Shown here in pieces: positions 1 through 7,761 of a stretch of DNA of 32,458 nt. The notes below the pieces were generated by a model. That model was not told where the DNA came from, did no database searches, and worked only from the letters and a program-made list of their open reading frames with translations. The position numbers were made by a program, and so were the translations under genes. The DNA lies in NCBI GenBank assembly GCA_030741225.1, contig JASLVU010000003.1, positions 1 through 32,458 on the forward strand, read 5' to 3'. Each line of letters starts with the position of its first letter. Positions within the stretch are counted from its first letter, which is position 1. This stretch comes from Candidatus Poseidoniaceae archaeon (lineage in GTDB: Archaea > Thermoplasmatota > Poseidoniia > Poseidoniales > Poseidoniaceae).

Positions 1-1
1 T

Positions 2-313
2 GAGGATTGGAATGACGCATGGCCAGACGCATGGCTTGATACTCAAATTGTTACTTTTGATATTGAAGGTCAAATATTCACTGTTGGTGGTTTAGCCGGC
101 CATGAAGATGTGCTCTCTCTTACTCAAGCAGCAGCGAATGAACTTGAGTTTGAATTCACTGCAGAGGAATCGGAGTTAGGGTGGTATGTCTCTTCGATAC
201 ACGATCATCAAGGGCAAGGATGGAACTACTTTGTTGATGGGAAAAAGGAAGTGGTTTCAGCAGACAAATCACCTACTGAATCGGCCACAAGAGTCCGTTG
301 GGTTCTGCTGTAA
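2..313 (+). CDS. DUF4430 / transcobalamin C-terminal-like domain protein, 5'-partial; probable cobalamin-binding protein
   Basis: Frame is open from position 2 to TAA at 311-313. The C-terminus LGWYVSSIHD...GWNYFVDGK..VVSADK...ATRVRW matches the DUF4430 pattern. Lies directly upstream of an ECF S-component. Confidence 0.7.
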   Translation, partial: EDWNDAWPDAWLDTQIVTFDIEGQIFTVGGLAGHEDVLSLTQAAANELEFEFTAEESELGWYVSSIHDHQGQGWNYFVDGKKEVVSADKSPTESATRVRWVLL

Positions 314-354
314 GTTAGGTAAGCCTCAAATCATCAGCCCTCTTGGGTCGGTGT

Positions 355-1014
355 ATGTTCCAAGCGATGGGTGTACACGGGCCCACTCTCTCTCCGGTTG
401 CGAGTATGTTCTTGGACGCTGGTTTGGTGGCAATTGCTTTTTTGTTGCTGGCTAAACCAAGCAAAAGGCCGATTGCCAATATGCTGTTCTTTGCAAGTTT
501 GATTTTATCCGTCTCTTTACTCCGTATTGTCATGCAACCTCTGCCGAATATCCAGCCAGTTACTGTAGCCGCTCTGCTGGTTGGAGCTCAACTTGGTGCG
601 CGGCGAGGTGCAGCATTCGCACTGCTCGTAACGATGATTTCTAATTTCTTCATTGGCAACGGTTGGTGGACGCTGTTTCAAGCCGCAGGTTGGGCGAGTA
701 TTGCCGTATTCGGCTCACGACTAAACCTCATTACATCAGAAGGTTTGAACATGCGACGTGCAATTCTTGCATCAGCTTTTGCCGCTCTGTGGTTTGACCT
801 GGTCGCCTCTCTTTCAATCCTTGATGGTACCATTGGCTTTGGTGAATTCCTCATCTATTTGGGTCATGGCCTTCCGTTTGACCTCCTTCACATGGTCGGT
901 AATTTGGCATTTGTTGTATGGCTTGGTGCTTGGTTTGTTGGTTTGCTTGAGCAAGAAACAACTCTTGACGAGGTTGAATTTGCGGTGGTGAACAGTCATG
1001 CCATCGACGGTTGA
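355..1014 (+). CDS. ECF transporter substrate-specific S component (CbrT-like, probably cobalamin)
   Basis: About 6-7 hydrophobic helices. LPNIQPVT, ISNFFIGNGWWTLFQ and GLPFDLLHMVGN are typical of CbrT-type S components. ATG at 355 preferred over TTG at 343. Confidence 0.8.
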   Translation: MFQAMGVHGPTLSPVASMFLDAGLVAIAFLLLAKPSKRPIANMLFFASLILSVSLLRIVMQPLPNIQPVTVAALLVGAQLGARRGAAFALLVTMISNFFIGNGWWTLFQAAGWASIAVFGSRLNLITSEGLNMRRAILASAFAALWFDLVASLSILDGTIGFGEFLIYLGHGLPFDLLHMVGNLAFVVWLGAWFVGLLEQETTLDEVEFAVVNSHAIDG

Positions 1015-1366
1015 AGAACCATCAATGGTCCTTATCGCTCGAAAAGATTTGAAGATGTCAGCAGGAAAATTAGCCGTGCAATGCTCTCATGCCGCTGTGA
1101 CCTGCACTTTGAGTGCGAGAAAGAGCCATCCACGGTTGGTTGAGCGATGGATGAATGCAGGAGCAAGGAAAATATGCTTGAGTTCAGATGATTTAGAAAC
1201 CATACAGCGACTCATTGGACAGGCTCAAGCAGCAGGACTCGTAACGACTCTTGTCAAAGATGCCGGACATACAGAATTGCCGCCTGGCACCGTTACTGTA
1301 CTTGGTATTGGCCCATCTCCTCGCCGTTCAATCGATGCGCTTGTTTCCGATTTGAAACCGTATTAG
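998..1366 (+). CDS. pth2: Peptidyl-tRNA hydrolase Pth2 (copy 1)
   Basis: RKDLKMSAGKLAVQCSHA and DAGHTELPPGTVTVLGIGP motifs; overlaps the upstream gene by 17 nt. Confidence 0.95.
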   Translation: MPSTVEEPSMVLIARKDLKMSAGKLAVQCSHAAVTCTLSARKSHPRLVERWMNAGARKICLSSDDLETIQRLIGQAQAAGLVTTLVKDAGHTELPPGTVTVLGIGPSPRRSIDALVSDLKPY

Positions 1367-1375
1367 GTGTTCAGC

Positions 1376-1792
1376 ATGGGTTTCCGTTCCTTCTTACACA
1401 GAATTACCGCTCCGCACCCCAGTGGTCCATCTCCAAACGGTAATTGCAAGATGGTTTTTGTTGTTAATCATAATTTGAAGATGGGCAAAGGAAAAATCGC
1501 TGCCCAAGTCGGACATGGTGCCGTTCTTGCGACCATGAAGGCTGGTGAGAAAAAGCCCATGTATCTTGAAAAATGGTTAGCCTCAGGGCAAAAGAAAGTT
1601 TGCGTCAAAGGAACAGACGCCGCACATCTTCTTGATTTGCAAACCTCGGCAGAACGTGGTGGAATTTTGACGACACTTGTTCATGATGCTGGACACACTC
1701 AAATTCCGAGCGGCTCATTAACCGTGTTGGCGTTAGGTCCGCATGTAGACGATATTCTTGACGAAATTACTGGTGAATTGAAGTTACTTTGA
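1376..1792 (+). CDS. pth2: Peptidyl-tRNA hydrolase Pth2 (copy 2)
   Basis: KMVFVVNHNLKMGKGKIAAQVGHG and DAGHTQIPSGSLTVLALGP motifs. ATG at 1376 follows AGGTG; alternative GTG start at 1367. Confidence 0.93.
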   Translation: MGFRSFLHRITAPHPSGPSPNGNCKMVFVVNHNLKMGKGKIAAQVGHGAVLATMKAGEKKPMYLEKWLASGQKKVCVKGTDAAHLLDLQTSAERGGILTTLVHDAGHTQIPSGSLTVLALGPHVDDILDEITGELKLL

Positions 1793-1832
1793 GTTCCATT
1801 GATTTGATGAATGGAGCCTTCTTCGCCTGTCC

Positions 1833-2873
1833 ATGCGTGATTACGATTCCGACCGTGTAGATTTGCGATCCGATACGGTCACTCAACCGACTCCATCGAT
1901 GCGCCAAGCCATGAATCTCGCTATTGTAGGCGATGATGTACTTGGAGATGACCCTACAGTGAAACTTCTTGAGCAGCGACTTGCCAAGATTTGCGGTAAA
2001 GAGGCTGGCCTGTTTGTACCCTCTGGAACCATGTCCAATGCCATTGCACTAAGGGCACATACCAGTCCAGGAGATGAGATTATCACTGCAAAAAACAGTC
2101 ATATCTATCTTTACGAAGGCGGAGGATATGCCGCTTTATGCGGTGCTTCAATCGCATTGGTTGATGTTCATGACGGCCTCATGCGGCCTGAAGATGTTGA
2201 GCGGGCCATTCGTAAGCAGGCGGGCTCCCTGTCGCATTATCCTGATGGTTCATTGGTTTGCGTTGAGAACACTTCGAATCGGGGCGGTGGAGCTTGTTAT
2301 CCTCAAGAAACTCTTGATTCAATAGTTGCTGTTGCCAAAGCAAACGATTGCGCCACACATATGGACGGTGCCCGAATTTTCAATGCTGCCATTGCAACCA
2401 ATACCTCGGTCGAGCGAATGCTTCGCGATTTTGACTCAGCCTCGATTTGTTTTTCCAAGGGCTTAGGTGCTCCAGTGGGCTCGGTCTTGGTCGGTTCTCA
2501 AGCCTTCATTGCTCGTGCTCACCGCTGGCGAAAGATGTTTGGGGGTGGCATGAGGCAAGCAGGAATTCTCGCAGCTGGTTGCCTTCATGCTTTGGACCAT
2601 CATGTCGAACGTTTGGTCGAAGACCACCAAAGAGCAAGAACATTAGCCAACGCAATAAACGAGTTGGATGATTTTGATGTCGCTCTCAATACGGTTGAGA
2701 CAAACATGGTGTACTTCCATTCGCATGTGCCTGCTGTTGAGGTGATGGAGAAACTAAAGTCTCGCGGCATCGATGTTATGGATATCCAACCTCATGCTTG
2801 TCGGATTGTGGTGCATCTTCACATTACTGACGAGGATGTTCAGCGAATAATTGACGCATTTTCCTCTTTCTAA
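1833..2873 (+). CDS. ltaE: Low-specificity L-threonine aldolase (PLP-dependent)
   Basis: DLRSDTVT, GDDVLGDDPTV, FVPSGTMSN, HMDGARIFNA, CFSKGLGAPVGS (PLP lysine) and RKMFGGGMRQAG motifs. Confidence 0.95.
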   Translation: MRDYDSDRVDLRSDTVTQPTPSMRQAMNLAIVGDDVLGDDPTVKLLEQRLAKICGKEAGLFVPSGTMSNAIALRAHTSPGDEIITAKNSHIYLYEGGGYAALCGASIALVDVHDGLMRPEDVERAIRKQAGSLSHYPDGSLVCVENTSNRGGGACYPQETLDSIVAVAKANDCATHMDGARIFNAAIATNTSVERMLRDFDSASICFSKGLGAPVGSVLVGSQAFIARAHRWRKMFGGGMRQAGILAAGCLHALDHHVERLVEDHQRARTLANAINELDDFDVALNTVETNMVYFHSHVPAVEVMEKLKSRGIDVMDIQPHACRIVVHLHITDEDVQRIIDAFSSF

Positions 2874-2882
2874 GTTTAATAC

Positions 2883-5252
2883 ATGTCGCCAATTTTTTGG
2901 GGCATGAGGAATACAAGCAATGCATCGATTTGTTCGGTTTGTGAACATCCGTCATCATCCAGTACGTGTTTGCTGTGCGATTCAATCATCAATACGAACA
3001 AAACACAGCAATGGGGGTGTCAGGTGAGTCAAGGTTCGCATGATGAAGCAATCGAAATGCTTGGCGCCGAAAATAAATCCGCTCAAAAAAGATGGAAATC
3101 TATTGTCCAAAGCACATCACAATCCAAGGATGTTCAATGGGCACGATTGTCCGACATTTCGAAAGATCCCGTGCTTTGTTCACCATGCACCGATGAAGAA
3201 TTGGATGAAATAAAGATTCGAATTTCAAACGGGCAAAGGCTCTCAAATCTTCAAAAGCAACAATTACAGCGAGGGTTTCAACTTGTTGGGGACGTACATG
3301 TTTCTATTGCAGAAGGTAAGATGATGATTAATGGAAGTACTCTTCCCGCTCAAGTCCCTCTTCTTTCGGTTCTCAATTTGCTTTCTTCGAAGAAATCGAG
3401 AATTGGTTGGAATTTGGAAAAATTATTGATTGCTCTTGGGTCAATGAATACTGCCGCTATTTCGGCAACATTACCTCATCACATCCACAGACGGTTCATG
3501 CGACATAACCACATTTTAGAATCGAAACAAAAACCAGGTGCAGCAGCAGTTCTCTCTTGGGTTGAATGGGTATCTGAAAATCATTTATCTCCGCCTGAGG
3601 ATTGTTTGATTCATCCTTTAGGGGCATGGTCTCGGGATGTTCGTTCATGTTTGACCACACCGAACGGTTCAACCTTTGAAGCCAATTTGAAGGAGGCATT
3701 TGTCCATCACCCCCCGACTCTCGAGTGTCTTGTCCAGTTCCCTTGGATCCCCCGTTGGATGGTGTATACGTCTCCAATCCAAGTGAGCACAAATCGGCCA
3801 TGGCCGCTTCAGATTGTCAACGAAAAGCTGAAGTTGATTGTTCGGTCGAAAAACAACGCCTCACGAAAAACCTCGGTACCAGATAATCCTGCACTATGGG
3901 CTCTTCTGCTGTCCTACACCTATTCCCCGATGTCTTCAGAAGCTGGAAATTTACTGTATGCACTCCAGTACAACTGGACCAATACTGAGTCAACCGTCTC
4001 ATCGATTTCATCTCCAATCAAACGCTCGATACAGTTACTTCGTCAAGTCATTGACAGCAATTCGGACCGAATTTTCGTTCACGACCAATACATGCTTGTC
4101 ATAGGCCGTTTGGGACATTTCTTCGAGATTAAAGTTGGCCGCGGGGCTCATGGCGCTCCATTCATTATCAAGTCAATCGATTCTCTTGAACCTCGGTCAT
4201 CGACTCCGCTCTGCATTTACGACAGCTCATTCCACTCGTCGGTGCCGTTGGGTGATACCATTGTATCTGTGTTACTCGCACTTCTTGATGATGTGAAAAC
4301 CTCTACCGAAATTGACAGTCTTCAAAAATATCTTTGTCATTACCCTCCGCTAGGTTTCCCTCGTCTCCTTCATGAAGGACACTTACGATTGCTCAACACT
4401 TCGACCCTTGCTGAATTCAAGAAGATTGTCGATCAAAGTTTAGATTCCCGTATTCGATGGTTGAAGGAATCGCCTCGAGAGAATGGAAATGAATTTGAAC
4501 AAATTCAAGGACAGAACATGATGCATCTTTTCCGTAGAAACATTGCTTTCAATCGCAACAGGTGGCAATTCGATAATCACAGGAGAGCAAGAACATCACG
4601 ATGCGACACATTGGTCGAGCATGCTCTTGCTGCCGATTCTGCACTACCTCACCCCCAATTCATTGAATTGTGGCATGAATCACTTGAAAAAGGGGACGAG
4701 GAAGGCCATATGCACAACAATTACGTTCATCGCCGAATGCTCAGAGAAATAGTTCCTCCGCAGATTCCAATAGCGACGAATAATCGATTACCAACCGGAG
4801 ATATACGAAACGGAGAGCGCCGGTTTTGCGAGGTGTTTTCTCGTGTATGGGATGCGATGATGCACCATCCAATTGGCTCTACATTCCGCATGGGTGTTGT
4901 TGATGGTGGTGATTTGACTTTCGAACATTGTCACCTTGGTGTAACTCTTCGAAACCAACAAGAGAGGCGAATTGTCAGACGATTCGCAAATTTGCTCGGT
5001 TTTGTTGAAAATGGAACCTTTGGGCAGAGGATGGTGTTTGTCCGTCGAGACCATGCTCGAACGACTGCATTTAGAGACCTGTCGACCTTTCTAAATCGTA
5101 TACAAGACAACACATATGCAGTAAATACCTCGCCATGGCGTTGGCATTATATCCAAGTGGTAAAAACACCGACAGAAATACCAACTCTTCGATGGGAACT
5201 CGAGCAAGACTTGAGAGATACCAAGCGTAAAGGGGTTCCAAGAAATCGTTAG
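2883..5252 (+). CDS. Hypothetical protein (~780 aa) with N-terminal CxxC...CxxC zinc ribbon
   Basis: Long uninterrupted ORF starting 9 nt after ltaE; CSVC-x8-CLLC at the N-terminus. Start may be ATG 2904. Confidence 0.75.
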   Translation: MSPIFWGMRNTSNASICSVCEHPSSSSTCLLCDSIINTNKTQQWGCQVSQGSHDEAIEMLGAENKSAQKRWKSIVQSTSQSKDVQWARLSDISKDPVLCSPCTDEELDEIKIRISNGQRLSNLQKQQLQRGFQLVGDVHVSIAEGKMMINGSTLPAQVPLLSVLNLLSSKKSRIGWNLEKLLIALGSMNTAAISATLPHHIHRRFMRHNHILESKQKPGAAAVLSWVEWVSENHLSPPEDCLIHPLGAWSRDVRSCLTTPNGSTFEANLKEAFVHHPPTLECLVQFPWIPRWMVYTSPIQVSTNRPWPLQIVNEKLKLIVRSKNNASRKTSVPDNPALWALLLSYTYSPMSSEAGNLLYALQYNWTNTESTVSSISSPIKRSIQLLRQVIDSNSDRIFVHDQYMLVIGRLGHFFEIKVGRGAHGAPFIIKSIDSLEPRSSTPLCIYDSSFHSSVPLGDTIVSVLLALLDDVKTSTEIDSLQKYLCHYPPLGFPRLLHEGHLRLLNTSTLAEFKKIVDQSLDSRIRWLKESPRENGNEFEQIQGQNMMHLFRRNIAFNRNRWQFDNHRRARTSRCDTLVEHALAADSALPHPQFIELWHESLEKGDEEGHMHNNYVHRRMLREIVPPQIPIATNNRLPTGDIRNGERRFCEVFSRVWDAMMHHPIGSTFRMGVVDGGDLTFEHCHLGVTLRNQQERRIVRRFANLLGFVENGTFGQRMVFVRRDHARTTAFRDLSTFLNRIQDNTYAVNTSPWRWHYIQVVKTPTEIPTLRWELEQDLRDTKRKGVPRNR

Positions 5253-6202
5253 TCTTCTCTACGTGGATTACGTAACAAGGCAACTGCAGCGAGTATCCCC
5301 ACACTTGAAATCATTGAGATTCCAGGTAGTGACCCTTCATCTTCATCGCATCCCTCTGGAAGCATGCATTCTAATTCGTCAGAGGTTTGATTCTCTACGG
5401 GAGTATCTTCAACAGGGTAATTCAACTGGTAAAGTAGGTGAACAGAGAGATCGTTGCCGTCGTATGCAGGCGGAAGAGTGATGCTGGTATTACCTGACAT
5501 GGAAATCTGACTGCCATTAACTTCCAACAGCCCAAGTTCAAGGATTCCACGAACTACATGGGGGTAGTCCTCTAAGCCATTTGTTCCCTCTTCGAAGTTT
5601 GCCGACTTTTCAACAATCCATGCTTGGGCAACGATTGAACTTCCGTTCGGTGCTGTTAAACTCTCAATGTTCAAAGCCCATTCTACTGTCCCAGATGTGT
5701 TGGATGTGGGCGACCATACAAACAGAGAATCTCCTGCATGTTCAAGTGATTCTTGTGCGTGCTGGGTAAATTCAACCTCTAGAGATTCTGAACTCGTGAC
5801 GCTTCCTGGCTTGATGATTGTACCGTTAAATATCACCACAGGTGGTGCGAAAACACCGTACCTGTCGTGGAATCTTTGGTCAACTTCAATACTCCCAAGA
5901 GGGTCTTGGATTTCATTGATTGCCCGATGTATGTGGTACTGTTGAATGCCGGAATCATTTTCGATAGCATCAAGAGCATGCTCAACGTCAACACAGTTTG
6001 AGCACCATGTTGCAGTGTAGACCTCAACAACAGGTGGCAAATCACTCAAATTAAGCGTGGAGTTTCCAGTGCTGTTTGCATATGCCCATTGTCCCCCAAT
6101 AAGTAGGCCGACATCAGTTTGAGTTGCCGGAGCGGCCACGGTTGTGGCCGGCCCAACACTTGTCAAAATTAAGATCCCAATGAGGAGGATTGCTTTGCGC
6201 AT
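5249..6202 (-). CDS. Secreted thioredoxin-fold (CXXC) protein with C-terminal PGF-CTERM-like membrane anchor
   Basis: Signal peptide MRKAILLIGILILTSV; VVEVYTATWCSNC active-site motif; cis-Pro-like FAPPVVIFNG; tail LPGI + hydrophobic helix + RNPRRED. Confidence 0.8.
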   Translation of the reverse strand: MRKAILLIGILILTSVGPATTVAAPATQTDVGLLIGGQWAYANSTGNSTLNLSDLPPVVEVYTATWCSNCVDVEHALDAIENDSGIQQYHIHRAINEIQDPLGSIEVDQRFHDRYGVFAPPVVIFNGTIIKPGSVTSSESLEVEFTQHAQESLEHAGDSLFVWSPTSNTSGTVEWALNIESLTAPNGSSIVAQAWIVEKSANFEEGTNGLEDYPHVVRGILELGLLEVNGSQISMSGNTSITLPPAYDGNDLSVHLLYQLNYPVEDTPVENQTSDELECMLPEGCDEDEGSLPGISMISSVGILAAVALLRNPRRED

Positions 6203-7389
6203 ATCTTGGCGAGACGTTGTTTGGATATCAAAGCATTCTTTTTGTGAATCTCACTTGTTGGGTCGTAGCATGCATTTGAAGCATCAAATGCTCCGTTGTC
6301 GTGGAATGTTCCTGCTTCGGATTCCTTCACCAATGCGTCGTATCGGGAACGAATACCGCTGCTGGTTAAGCCAAAGACGTCTGCCAAAAGGTCGGCTGCT
6401 CCTGACTGCCAGCCGAAGTAATTCATGCTTGCATACATGGTGACGCAAACAATCATACGTGACTCGACATTGATTGAGAGAGCTTTGCTGGTGCCTTCAT
6501 TGAGTAGACTTAGACGGGCCTCAGTCTCGTAACTCAAGAGCTCCAATTCCTCGGCGCTGAAGTGGACTTCCAGTCCTTCGAGGATGTGCCAGATTGCTTG
6601 GTCAATGGCATCTTCTCTTCTGTCGTCGGCGTTTTTGCGCTTTGGCAATTTTTCCCACCCCATAGTGACTTTGGCCTTCCAGTGGCTAAGAATTCGAATG
6701 CGTGCATTCATGATTTGCTTTGGGCTAATGCCTGCTTGCTCCATGGTGGCACGTCGGTCAAATTTAGGCATAAGCCCCATTTCACCTGCAAGTTCAACGA
6801 TTGCTGCAGCAATGATGACTGCGTTTTGCTCTTCTGATGAACCCTTGATTCCTTTCTCCTTTCGACAGATGGATTGCTTTGGCATCCCGAGTCGCTTAGC
6901 CATAGACTTACTCTGCTTCTTTCGGATTGCTTCCTGTTCAGCAGTGAGGGGCTTGCATGACATCTCGACCAAGAATTCCAAGATGTGGAGGGCATGTCGA
7001 CCATACAGTTTCTCGATATTTCGCTTAACGCGCTTGGCGAATGGGTGAGGGTTTCGAACAGAACTACGGTCCATTTTCTCCAAAAGATAGTATTTGCTCG
7101 GATTGTTTACGCCGCGAGACCCGTAACGCATTTTAGGACCTGTTCCGCCCAAGTTTCTGTTTCGGTCTACATCGTTTCGAACAGCATGGTAGTGAGCTGC
7201 TTCACCAAACAAAACAGCCCCGTTGTCCTTGGCATCGGTTTCCTGGTTGTTGTGTACTAGGCCACAATCGTTGCACCACACTTCACCTTTTTGTGGGACT
7301 CGTTCTAGATTCTTGCTACCGCAATCATCGCATTCGTTTAACTCCTTTTTTGTTATCTTCATATCTTTACTCATTTTTTCCAACTCCAT
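6169..7389 (-). CDS. Divergent transcription initiation factor IIB (TFB)-like protein
   Basis: Zn ribbon CDDCGSKNL..VPQKGEVWCNDCGLV. Two cyclin-repeat-like ends: IAAAIVELAGEMGLMP...AGISPKQIMNA and VTMYASM...LADVFGLTSSGIRSRYDAL (compare TFB VTEVTVRNRYKEL). Confidence 0.75.
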   Translation of the reverse strand: MELEKMSKDMKITKKELNECDDCGSKNLERVPQKGEVWCNDCGLVHNNQETDAKDNGAVLFGEAAHYHAVRNDVDRNRNLGGTGPKMRYGSRGVNNPSKYYLLEKMDRSSVRNPHPFAKRVKRNIEKLYGRHALHILEFLVEMSCKPLTAEQEAIRKKQSKSMAKRLGMPKQSICRKEKGIKGSSEEQNAVIIAAAIVELAGEMGLMPKFDRRATMEQAGISPKQIMNARIRILSHWKAKVTMGWEKLPKRKNADDRREDAIDQAIWHILEGLEVHFSAEELELLSYETEARLSLLNEGTSKALSINVESRMIVCVTMYASMNYFGWQSGAADLLADVFGLTSSGIRSRYDALVKESEAGTFHDNGAFDASNACYDPTSEIHKKNALISKQRLAKICAKQSSSLGS

Positions 7390-7543
7390 TCTTGTTTGCT
7401 CATTGCGTGCCCAAAATTACCGTGTTCCTGTTCTGATTCGCCGAGGCAAATAGGCTGATGTGGGGTTTTTTCAGGCGGCCGCATTATGTAGTATGTGCGC
7501 CCTCCTATTTTAATTTAACCCACATCATGACCTAAATTTACAG

Positions 7544-7562
7544 AACATGAACCTTTCATGTT
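7544..7562. promoter_or_regulatory. Perfect inverted repeat AACATGAA-cct-TTCATGTT, candidate operator
   Basis: 8-bp arms with a 3-nt spacer in the divergent intergenic region. Confidence 0.45.
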
Positions 7563-7592
7563 TAGACAAACAACGAATATTGGAATCGACAG

Positions 7593-7600
7593 TATATAAA
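7593..7600 (-). promoter_or_regulatory. Candidate archaeal TATA box (TTTATATA on the minus strand) for the tfb-like gene
   Basis: Matches the TTTAWATA consensus. It also reads TATATAAA on the plus strand, so the direction is not certain. Confidence 0.5.
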
Positions 7601-7619
7601 CGATTGAAGGAAAGAACGC

Positions 7620-7685
7620 TTTGCGCAAATAGAAATGCCCTACCCTATATAACCAACAATCAATCAATACCATTGTGCGCACAAT
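7620..7685 (+). promoter_or_regulatory. Candidate addB-addA promoter: TATATAA (7646-7652) flanked by two TGCGCA-core palindromes
   Basis: TTTGCGCAAA at 7620-7629 and ATTGTGCGCACAAT at 7672-7685 are both perfect palindromes. Confidence 0.45.
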
Positions 7686-7761
7686 ATCTTTCTCGATTCG
7701 GTGAAAACAGTTGAGAGCCTTCAAGAACAGTCGACATCTGTGCCCTTGTTGGGGGAACGTT

